Origin: a virus
Taxonomy: Duplodnaviria > Caudoviricetes
Length of the DNA: 64,000 nucleotides
Virus record (IMG/VR): IMGVR_UViG_3300046713_000250
Location: 1,597 to 65,596 of that record
Strand: one strand, 5' to 3'
Under the pieces are notes generated by a model. The model did no database searches. It was given only the letters and a program-made list of their open reading frames with translations, and was not told where the DNA came from. Positions 44,358 to 52,162 of this stretch are shown here, piece after piece (within the stretch, counting starts at the first letter, position 1; each line of letters opens with the position of its first letter). Both the position numbers and the translations under genes were made by a program.

Positions 44358-44392
44358 GAAGCCCCTGCCACCGACCCCCAGGCAGGGGCTTC
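44358..44392 (+). terminator. Hairpin terminator
   Basis: GAAGCCCCTGCC...GGCAGGGGCTTC. Confidence 0.7.
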
Positions 44393-44456
44393 GTCATGCG
44401 CGAGGCCGCACTGTATGCCCGATGCCCTATCATCAGAGCACCGAGAGGAGCACACC

Positions 44457-44885
44457 ATGACCACCAGCCTCGTCCCGCGCGAGCTCCCGATCGTTGGCCC
44501 CGCCGATCAGGTCCGCCGCACGCTCGAGACCCAGCGCCGGCAGGGCCGCCTCGTCACCGCGCCCCGCGACATCGCGCTGCGACGTAACCGCGACGGCTCG
44601 GTGACCGCGCTGGTGACGGTGCTGGTCGACGAGCGTCTCTCGTTCCGCAAGGCCCACCCGGTCGCCTTCCGTGCGGCGATCGCCGGTGGTGCCGTCCTCG
44701 TCCTGCTGGCCGGCGGCGTCGCGCTGGCCTACGCCACCCTCCGCACGCTCAGCCACGCGCTCGACCGACCGGCCATGCTCGGCGCGGTGGTCATCGCCGC
44801 CGGCCTCGGCCTGGCGTTCCTGAGCAAGGGCAAGGGCCGCGACTGCCCGGGCGTGGTCGTGCATTGCCGCGACCACAAGCACTAG
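44457..44885 (+). CDS. Two-TM membrane protein with terminal Cys/His motif (possible Spd-type)
   Basis: GAGGAG SD; ends 'CPGVVVHCRDHKH'. Confidence 0.55.
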   Translation: MTTSLVPRELPIVGPADQVRRTLETQRRQGRLVTAPRDIALRRNRDGSVTALVTVLVDERLSFRKAHPVAFRAAIAGGAVLVLLAGGVALAYATLRTLSHALDRPAMLGAVVIAAGLGLAFLSKGKGRDCPGVVVHCRDHKH

Positions 44886-44986
44886 ACTGGCGCCGACTAG
44901 TTCATAGCGGTGTGGGCAAGTCTCTCAGCGACCTCTGATCTCCGGATCGGGGGTCGTTGTGCATGGTCGGGTGCATGATGGTGGCC

Positions 44987-45898
44987 ATGACCCAGCCCAC
45001 GCCTTACCGCTACCGGATCGAGCCCGGGCTCGACCACGACGTCGTCCGGCCCGACGGCCAGTTGTACGGCCTCGGCCGGCACGTCAACCACGACCCGCGC
45101 TCGCGCCGCTTCCCGTTCCGCAGCGCTCCTCTCGACCTGTCCGTCACCGTCTTCCACCAGCGCCACATTCCGATCTTCGACCAGGGCAACCTCGGCTCGT
45201 GCACCGGCAACGCCGCCCTCGGCATCCTGGCGACCGGCCCGTACTGGGACGCCGAGCCGGACTCGTGGCACGTCAACGGCCCGCTCAGCAACGTCACCCG
45301 GATCCCATGGAACGAGGACGGGGCAGTGCATCTCTACTCCGCATTCACTGCGGCCGACGACTACCCCGGCACGTATCCGCCGAACGACACCGGATCGGAC
45401 GGCCTGACCGCGGCGAAGGTGCTGACCGGCCTCGGCATCGTTCCTGGCTACCAGCACACGTTCTCGCTGACCGACGCGCTGACCGCGCTCCAGCACTTCC
45501 CGCTGCTGGTCGGCACCGAGTGGCTAGACAACATGTTCTACCCGGACGCGTACGGCCGGATCAAGGCGACGGGCCCGGTCGACGGTGGGCATGAATGGAT
45601 CGTGGACGAGTTCGTCCCGGCCGGCCGGCTCCCGTACGCAGGCCCGTTCCCGCTGAACGCCAAGCAGGACTTCATCGGAGGCACGACGAGTTGGGGCACG
45701 TCGTTCGGTCTCGACGGCCGCTTCTACCTGTCGGTGGCCGACTTCGGCAAACTCCTCAAGGCCGACGGCGACGTGATCGTGCTGATCCCGCCGAACGCCC
45801 CCGCGCCGGATCCCGACCCGGCACCCTCACCGGCCGACGCGGCGGACGCGGCCCTCGCCACCGCGATGCGTGCCTGGCTGACGGCGAAGGGACTCTAG
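44987..45898 (+). CDS. Papain-like (C1 family) cysteine peptidase
   Basis: 'DQGNLGSCTG' (Gln, Cys), 'GGHE' (His), 'TSWGTSFG..GRFY' (NSWG variant). Confidence 0.8.
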   Translation: MTQPTPYRYRIEPGLDHDVVRPDGQLYGLGRHVNHDPRSRRFPFRSAPLDLSVTVFHQRHIPIFDQGNLGSCTGNAALGILATGPYWDAEPDSWHVNGPLSNVTRIPWNEDGAVHLYSAFTAADDYPGTYPPNDTGSDGLTAAKVLTGLGIVPGYQHTFSLTDALTALQHFPLLVGTEWLDNMFYPDAYGRIKATGPVDGGHEWIVDEFVPAGRLPYAGPFPLNAKQDFIGGTTSWGTSFGLDGRFYLSVADFGKLLKADGDVIVLIPPNAPAPDPDPAPSPADAADAALATAMRAWLTAKGL

Positions 45899-45901
45899 CC
45901 C

Positions 45902-45933
45902 TTGCGTCTCTCTTGTACTGGGAGTACAGTAAG
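45902..45933 (+). promoter_or_regulatory. Promoter TTGCGT-N17-TACAGT with TACTG-N6-CAGTA
   Basis: ttgcgt 45902-45907, tacagt 45925-45930. Confidence 0.8.
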
Positions 45934-45956
45934 GATAACGAGAGAGAGGGACGGAC

Positions 45957-46172
45957 ATGGCCAAGGGTAATTGCTCCCCGTATCCGATCGGGACCGTAGT
46001 CAAGGTGGCCGACTTCTGCGCCAGCGAAGTGCCCGCCCACATGATCGGCGAGATCTACGAGATCGTGGACATCCTCCGGGCCACGGTCGAACTGGTGCCT
46101 GCGTCCGGCGGTCCGAACATCCGGATCACGCCGATCGTGCTCACCCGTGTGGACACGGGGTCCTTCCGATGA
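45957..46172 (+). CDS. Small SH3-like hypothetical protein
   Basis: 'YPIGTVVKV...IGEIYEIV'. Confidence 0.5.
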   Translation: MAKGNCSPYPIGTVVKVADFCASEVPAHMIGEIYEIVDILRATVELVPASGGPNIRITPIVLTRVDTGSFR

Positions 46173-46390
46173 GCAGCAGCGTGATCACCCAGTGCGGCAA
46201 CGACAACCACGAGCACCAGACCGAGATCGGTCACGACGGTGAGCCGCTCGACCACCTGGAGCCGATGATCTGCTCGCACTGCAAACGGCCCGCCCACTAC
46301 GACTTCGGCATCGAGGACTACCGTCACGACGACGGGTCCGCGTCCTGCTTCCTGATGCAGCCCAGCGCGTCCCCTTGCCAGCCCGTCTGA
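46169..46390 (+). CDS. Small Cys/His protein
   Basis: ATGA overlap; CSHC. Confidence 0.5.
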   Translation: MSSSVITQCGNDNHEHQTEIGHDGEPLDHLEPMICSHCKRPAHYDFGIEDYRHDDGSASCFLMQPSASPCQPV

Positions 46391-46401
46391 TCGCATGAAG
46401 A

Positions 46402-46436
46402 AACCGCCCCCGGACCGGAAGGTCACGGGGGCGGTT
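46402..46436. terminator. Hairpin at the convergence of the two arms (probably bidirectional terminator)
   Basis: AACCGCCCCCG-GACC-GGAA-GGTC-A-CGGGGGCGGTT. Confidence 0.75.
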
Positions 46437-46463
46437 CCTGTTCCGAGTCGTGGCGAGGGTCGC

Positions 46464-46769
46464 CTACTTGACGGGCACGCTACCCGATGCGGGCACCGGA
46501 ACCTCGCCGGTCGCGGCCGGGTAGGTAGGCAGCTTGGCCAGCCCGAGCAGCCAGCCGAACGCGGGCACCTTGGTCTCCAGCGTCCGTACCACCAAGTAGT
46601 ACGCGCCGATCACGACGCCGGTGAACGCCTGCACCAGGCCCGCCGAGGTCGCGTCGTCGATCACGAAGTGCGCGTTCTTCGCCAGCCACGCGATGCCGAC
46701 GCCGACCGCGGTCGCGACGAAGGTCCGGACCAGCGATGCGCCGAGGTCCCGGACGGTAGGTGTAGCCAT
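46464..46769 (-). CDS. Holin-like membrane protein
   Basis: Two TM; 'SLVRT','YYLVVR.LE...FGWLLG...PTY'. Confidence 0.7.
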   Translation of the reverse strand: MATPTVRDLGASLVRTFVATAVGVGIAWLAKNAHFVIDDATSAGLVQAFTGVVIGAYYLVVRTLETKVPAFGWLLGLAKLPTYPAATGEVPVPASGSVPVK

Positions 46770-46783
46770 GGCTTACGCCTCCT

Positions 46784-47371
46784 TCACGCGCGCCCGATGC
46801 GCGCGAGCACAGTGCCGGCCTTGAGCAGGCCGAGCGAGATGAGCACGCCGATCACACCGGGCAGGCTGACCGGCAGGGCGAGCACCGTCATGCCGAGCAC
46901 GGCGGGCAGGTCACGCAGGAAGCTCCGCCCGTACGCCCGCCGCGAGTTGAACAACGACGCCCACCGCACCGCCGCCCACATCGTCCAGCGCTTCGCCCAC
47001 GGCACGCCGAGGTCTTCCATCACCCGCCGGAAGATCCCGTCGCAGTCCCGCGAGTTCGCCGGTGGCCACTTCAGTCGATCCGGATTCACCGGATCCCTAC
47101 CCTGCGGCGTTCCCCATTCCGATGTCCAGGTGGCTAGCGAGACCAACAGCCAGTCGTGCAGCACGGCCGCGCGGGTGTAGGCGCCGTACGGCGAGACCTC
47201 CCAGTGCAGGAATCGCGGGATGGTCGCGAAGTCCGTGACGAACCCGGCCGGCACGACGAAGGCCTCACCCTTGGTGCCGGTCCAGGACAGCGACATGGTC
47301 AGCGCCCAGGTGGTCGCCGTGACCGAGACGATGCGCAGTTGATCGCTGAAGGCGTCCGGTCTGATCGTCAC
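46784..47371 (-). CDS. DUF1353-domain protein
   Basis: 'VPAGFVTDFATIPR','AAVLHDWL','D.IFRRVM..LGV...R..MWAAVR'. Confidence 0.85.
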   Translation of the reverse strand: MTIRPDAFSDQLRIVSVTATTWALTMSLSWTGTKGEAFVVPAGFVTDFATIPRFLHWEVSPYGAYTRAAVLHDWLLVSLATWTSEWGTPQGRDPVNPDRLKWPPANSRDCDGIFRRVMEDLGVPWAKRWTMWAAVRWASLFNSRRAYGRSFLRDLPAVLGMTVLALPVSLPGVIGVLISLGLLKAGTVLARIGRA

Positions 47372-47383
47372 GCCGCCATCCTC

Positions 47384-47881
47384 TCACTTTCGCCTGTTCA
47401 GCCTGGTGAGCGTGACCTCGGGCGGACCGCCGTTGATCGCCCGCAGCAGCTCCTCCACCTGCGGCGAGGCCGCGTCGCTGATGCCGTCGGCGTGTGCCTT
47501 GCGGACCACCCGGACGATCCAGTCCATGAGTCGGTCGGTCAGTTCGGTGACCTCGCGCAGACGCCGCTCGGCGCCCTCGGCCCGGCGGTTGGCGCCGTCC
47601 GCCGCGTCGGTCGCCGCCTTGGCCGCACGCTCGGCGTGCCCGGCCGCCTCCGACGCGCCGCGCGCCTCGATCTTCGCCGCCGTCGCCTCACTCATCGCCT
47701 GCTGTGTCCACGCAAGCTGCCGCTTGGCAAGCTCGGCCTCCTCGGTGACCGCGTTCGCCTTCCGCGCGTTCCGGTAGACCATGAAGCCGACGACCAGCGC
47801 GACGGCGGCGGACAGGATCGTCGGGATCCAGGTCTGCGCAACGCCGGGCGCCGGAGGGACGGTAGCGGCCAGCAGGGTCAT
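47384..47881 (-). CDS. TM plus coiled-coil lysis-cassette protein
   Basis: One TM followed by an Ala/Glu-rich helix. Confidence 0.6.
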   Translation of the reverse strand: MTLLAATVPPAPGVAQTWIPTILSAAVALVVGFMVYRNARKANAVTEEAELAKRQLAWTQQAMSEATAAKIEARGASEAAGHAERAAKAATDAADGANRRAEGAERRLREVTELTDRLMDWIVRVVRKAHADGISDAASPQVEELLRAINGGPPEVTLTRLNRRK

Positions 47882-48303
47882 CGGGGTTCCTCGTCGGTCG
47901 GCATCACGGGCGACGGCTCGGGCCATCCGGCGATGACCCAGACCATCGCGGCCACGACCAGCCAGATGATCGAGGAAACCCACCCCCGATCAACGCCTCC
48001 GAACATCCATGAGGCGAAACTGGTCAGTGACCAACTGATCTTCAATACGGTGGCCGTAAGGTACCCGATGGCGTCGTTGCGCAGGAACGCCGAAACGATC
48101 AGGATCGCCGCGACCACCAGCCACACTCCACCCCAGACCCACAGCGGTGCGAAGTGCTCCCGCCACACAACCGCCGCCGAGCCGAGCGAATCGGCGGACG
48201 GCCCGATCAGGCTGGCACCGTACGCGATGTCGACGACGGAAAGGATGAGCAGGATGGCGCCGCGGCGCCCGATGCGCAAGGCAGGCATCCGGGCCCAGGT
48301 CAT
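47878..48303 (-). CDS. Four-TM membrane protein (lysis cassette)
   Basis: 'IGRRGAILL...' four hydrophobic helices. Confidence 0.65.
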   Translation of the reverse strand: MTWARMPALRIGRRGAILLILSVVDIAYGASLIGPSADSLGSAAVVWREHFAPLWVWGGVWLVVAAILIVSAFLRNDAIGYLTATVLKISWSLTSFASWMFGGVDRGWVSSIIWLVVAAMVWVIAGWPEPSPVMPTDEEPR

Positions 48304-48310
48304 CGCCCCG

Positions 48311-49399
48311 TCACTTCGGCTGGATCCGGCCGGCCAGCTCGTCCAGCACCTGATCGGCCACGTCCGCCGGAATGGCCGCAGCGATGGCCGCAGGCGTCAG
48401 CCCCGACGCGGTGATCGCCCGTCCGAGAACTTCGGGGGTGAGCCCGGCCAGGATGCCCGCGACGATCTGGCCTTCGTCGACCAAGTCCTTGCCCGCCAGT
48501 TCGCCGACGGTGCTCTCGACGCGCAGCACGTGCGACCCGATCTTGCCGACAAGTTGATAGAGCGTGGTCGTGCCGCCGTCGATCGTATCGGGTACGCCTT
48601 GGGAACTGGCGTCGTGGCCGATCTTCGACTCGGGGAGTCCGCCCTTGGCGGCCGGCTGCTGGCCGACCGCGAAGAATTCGCCCAGTTCGGCCTGCACGGC
48701 AGCGCGTACGGCCTTGACGTCGTCAGCGTTCACGATGATCCTCTCTTGTGTCCAGCCAGGGGCAAGCAACGTGGTCAGTTCAGCCAGCGTGCCCCGATAG
48801 GCGTTGGCGTCGCAGGTGGTCTGTCCGCCGATGACAGCCGACGAGGTGTACTGGAGGATCGACGACGGCTTGCCGCCGTACGGTGCCCACTGCTTGGCGC
48901 TGTCGCCCGGATAGAGACTCTTGAACGACCCGGAGCCGGTCACGTACTTCGACGACCACAGCGGGTACTTGAAGCCGGAGATGTCCCCGTATACCCAATC
49001 GGGTAGGTACCCGATCGGCATCAGCTTGGGCATCTTCGCCCGTAGCCGGTCGCAGAATACGTTGACCTCGGCCACCGACGGCACCGTGCCCGGATCGCCG
49101 TTCCACTTCTCGCAGTCGGCCTGCAGAATGAACGGACCGTCGCGCCATCCCGGGCACTGGCTGTCGAGCCGCGCCAGGAAGGCATCGGCCCGCGCGGTCG
49201 GCGAGCCCGGATACAGCACCCAGTAGGCACCCAGCAGCACGCGATCGCGGTACCCCCGAACGTAGGTCCACCACTGCGCAAGCTCAGCGTCGTTGCTGTC
49301 GCCGCCCGCCTTGTGCGTCTGGAAGACGATGCCGTCAGCGAACATCGGCCGGGTGTCGGGCGCATCGTAGTGAGAGATATCAGACCCGAAGATGGTCAT
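48311..49399 (-). CDS. Endolysin, GH25 muramidase
   Basis: 'FGSDISHY','GAYW','ADCE','LWSSKY','LQYTSSA','CDAN'. Confidence 0.88.
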   Translation of the reverse strand: MTIFGSDISHYDAPDTRPMFADGIVFQTHKAGGDSNDAELAQWWTYVRGYRDRVLLGAYWVLYPGSPTARADAFLARLDSQCPGWRDGPFILQADCEKWNGDPGTVPSVAEVNVFCDRLRAKMPKLMPIGYLPDWVYGDISGFKYPLWSSKYVTGSGSFKSLYPGDSAKQWAPYGGKPSSILQYTSSAVIGGQTTCDANAYRGTLAELTTLLAPGWTQERIIVNADDVKAVRAAVQAELGEFFAVGQQPAAKGGLPESKIGHDASSQGVPDTIDGGTTTLYQLVGKIGSHVLRVESTVGELAGKDLVDEGQIVAGILAGLTPEVLGRAITASGLTPAAIAAAIPADVADQVLDELAGRIQPK

Positions 49400-49439
49400 G
49401 GTGGTCCCTCCTAAGTGGGCTGAGGTGCATGCTTACGGC

Positions 49440-50267
49440 ATGAGAACTCGCCGAACACTGGTCGTGACCGCGGCCGTAGTCCCGCTCCTGCTGCTCACCG
49501 ACACCGCCCCCGCGATGGCCACGACATGCACGACCCCGGGCCCGGTCGCCCACCGGGGCGGTACCGAGCGGTACGTCGAGAACACCCGCAACGCGTTCCG
49601 CCAGGCAGGCAACTCCGGGGTCGGATTCTGGGAGACCGACGTGCGGTTCACCTCGGACGACGTTCCGGTGATCATGCACGACGAGACCGTCGACCGGACC
49701 ACCAACGGCACGGGCGCGGTCGCCGACCTGACCTACGCCCAGATCGCCACCCTGCGCACCGCCGACGACCAGTCGGTCCCGACGCTGGCCGACATCATGA
49801 ACGATCAGAGCGTGGACAAGGCGTACATGTTCGTCGAGCCGAAGGTCATGCCCACCGAGGCGCAGTGGGCGACGTTCATCGCCGCGTTGACCGGCCGGCT
49901 CGGCGCGGGCGGCCCGAAGCCGGCCCTCGAGTCGTTCGACACGGCCGTGCTCGATCAGGTCGCCACCCGGCTGCCCGGCTACACCCGCGCGCTCGACCAG
50001 TCGGTGGGCGACGCTGACCCGGCGGACATCACCCCGCACGCGACGATCCTGCTCAAGCACCACGACGCGATCACCGGCACCCGGCTGACCAAATGGGTCG
50101 GCGCCGGGCTGCGGGTCTACGCGTGGGCCGATCCGGCCGCCGGTGACGACAGCGGCGAGTGGGCACGCATGGCGACCTACCGGGATTCTTCCGGAAAGCT
50201 TCTGGTCTCGGGTTTCATCACCGGCAAGCCCGCCGCCTACGTGGCCTGGCGTGCCACCGCCTGCTAG
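49440..50267 (+). CDS. Secreted glycerophosphodiester phosphodiesterase (GDPD/GlpQ family)
   Basis: Signal peptide; 'AHRGG','ENT..AF','ETDV..TSD.VPVIMHD.TVDRTT','VPTL','VEPK'. Confidence 0.9.
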   Translation: MRTRRTLVVTAAVVPLLLLTDTAPAMATTCTTPGPVAHRGGTERYVENTRNAFRQAGNSGVGFWETDVRFTSDDVPVIMHDETVDRTTNGTGAVADLTYAQIATLRTADDQSVPTLADIMNDQSVDKAYMFVEPKVMPTEAQWATFIAALTGRLGAGGPKPALESFDTAVLDQVATRLPGYTRALDQSVGDADPADITPHATILLKHHDAITGTRLTKWVGAGLRVYAWADPAAGDDSGEWARMATYRDSSGKLLVSGFITGKPAAYVAWRATAC

Positions 50268-50869
50268 GCGATCTCGTACGTGAACGTCCCGCTGAGGTAG
50301 TCGTTGGCGCCCCACGCGCCGGGCGCGCCGCTGGCCACGTTGCTGCCCGACGTGGTCAGCGCCGCCATCGTCGTCGATCCCGACGAGGCGAACCATGTGA
50401 CGGTGGCGACCGAGCCGCCGGACCGGACGACGCCACCGGCCGTGTTCGGAACGCCGCCGGTGATGGCGGACGACGCCGTGAACGGCAGCGCGACGAGGTA
50501 CTGCCCACTGCCCGCGTTGGTGCCGGACGTGCCGAACGCGATCGAGAACCGCAGCGTGCACCACTTGCCGCCCCACAGCGAAAAGCGGCCGTTCTGCCCG
50601 CCGCCGGATCCGAGCGTCGGGTTGGTCGTCACCGCGGTCAGCGTGGGGGTCCACCCGCCGGTGATGACCTGACCGAAGTACAGCCACGCGACAGCCGAGG
50701 TGCTGTAGCACGCGTACCGGTTCGTGTCCGTCTCGAAGATGGTCATGCCGTTGTTCGGCGAGCCCGGCCGGGTGCCCGACGTGCACTGGATGACGCACTG
50801 TTCCATCAGGTAGTCGTTCAGGTCGGTGTCCGGGAGCACGCTCCCGTTGGTAAAGACCTTGAATGGCAT
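50264..50869 (-). CDS. Minor tail / fibre protein
   Basis: 'RPGSPNNGMTIFETDT','WTPTLT','LSGTFTYE'. Confidence 0.65.
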   Translation of the reverse strand: MPFKVFTNGSVLPDTDLNDYLMEQCVIQCTSGTRPGSPNNGMTIFETDTNRYACYSTSAVAWLYFGQVITGGWTPTLTAVTTNPTLGSGGGQNGRFSLWGGKWCTLRFSIAFGTSGTNAGSGQYLVALPFTASSAITGGVPNTAGGVVRSGGSVATVTWFASSGSTTMAALTTSGSNVASGAPGAWGANDYLSGTFTYEIA

Positions 50870-50878
50870 GGTGCGCTC

Positions 50879-52162
50879 CTACCAGGCGATGACGCTCTGT
50901 CCGATGACGCCCTGCGTGGCAGAGCCGATGACGAAGAAGGGCAGCTTGCTGACCGGCTGCAGGTCGAAGGTGGTCAGCGTCTGCTTGCTCTTGGCGTTCC
51001 ACGTGTGGCTGATGCCCTGGACGTAGAGCTCCCGCGAGTCGACGATCGACCCGTACGGCTGCGCGGGCGGCCGCCGGACCACGGTGACCCGGTCGCCCAG
51101 TACCCGGCCGAACTGCTGATCCAGCGTCGGCACGCCGATCTGCTCGAGCGCCGAGTTGAGCGTGATCCCGGAGAACCGGAAGGTCGGCTTCACGTCCGCG
51201 GCCAGCACGTAGCTCGCCCACGACAGCGCCGAACTGTCGAGCGTCAGCTTGAGCGCCGACTCCTCGACCGTGTAGGCCGTGCCGTAGAGCCCGATGCTGG
51301 TCGCGTCCTGCGCGATCTGGACGTTGGTCGAGCCGTCGATGGTGGCCTTGACGCGGTTGTGCATGCCGGTCTTGTCCCACGCGGTGACCGGCCGGCCGAC
51401 GTACGGGATCTCGCCGCCGGCCCGGTTGCTGCCGAAGGTGGCCTGCGAGGTGGCCGACCGCGCATCGGTCTGGATCGCGTGCCGGCCGCGCAGGAACATC
51501 ACGCCGTCGGGCTGCTGGTAGAACTCGCCGATCTCGGCCTTGACCGCGTCCTGGATCATCTCCAGCCCGGGCGACCCGAACGAGGTCGCCTGGAGGATCT
51601 CGCTGGTCGCGCCGAGCGACCGCAGGCCGGCGGGCCAGGTCATCGCGTCGAGCACGCGGGTGACCCGCGCCGTGACGCTCTCGTTCGCGCCGACCGGGGA
51701 CACGAGCGTGTCCGTGGCCTGGTTGAGCAGGATGAACCCGTCGGTCGCGGTGATCGTGACGATGCCGACCGTCGGCGAGGTGGCGTCCGGGTCCCACGAG
51801 TCGATGAACCCGTAGAACACCGGCTGGATCGTGCCGCTCGGCAACATGTACCGCAGGCGCAGGATGACGCCCGGCCCGGTCAGCCCGGCCGCCTCGAGAA
51901 CGTACGGGTCGAGCGCGCCGTCCATGTTGAGCAGCTTCACCGTCGCCGTGCCGGCGTTGTACGTGATCAGCGGCCCGGCCGTGCGGTCGCTGGTGCGCGA
52001 GACGCTGATCTCCTGCTTGCGGGTGGACAGGTCGGCCAGCATGTTCGCCGTGCCGATCAGGTTGGTGCCGATGATGCCCTGACTCGCCGAGCCGACGATG
52101 AACGTGGTCGTCGGGATGGTCGCGCCGATGGCCAGCCCGACCTCGACGATCCAGCCGGTCAC
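50879..52162 (-). CDS. Minor tail (hub/baseplate-type) protein
   Basis: Follows tape measure; 'AGTATVKL.N.DG.LDP','VFYGFIDSW','LGDRVTV','GISH'. Confidence 0.7.
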   Translation of the reverse strand: MTGWIVEVGLAIGATIPTTTFIVGSASQGIIGTNLIGTANMLADLSTRKQEISVSRTSDRTAGPLITYNAGTATVKLLNMDGALDPYVLEAAGLTGPGVILRLRYMLPSGTIQPVFYGFIDSWDPDATSPTVGIVTITATDGFILLNQATDTLVSPVGANESVTARVTRVLDAMTWPAGLRSLGATSEILQATSFGSPGLEMIQDAVKAEIGEFYQQPDGVMFLRGRHAIQTDARSATSQATFGSNRAGGEIPYVGRPVTAWDKTGMHNRVKATIDGSTNVQIAQDATSIGLYGTAYTVEESALKLTLDSSALSWASYVLAADVKPTFRFSGITLNSALEQIGVPTLDQQFGRVLGDRVTVVRRPPAQPYGSIVDSRELYVQGISHTWNAKSKQTLTTFDLQPVSKLPFFVIGSATQGVIGQSVIAW

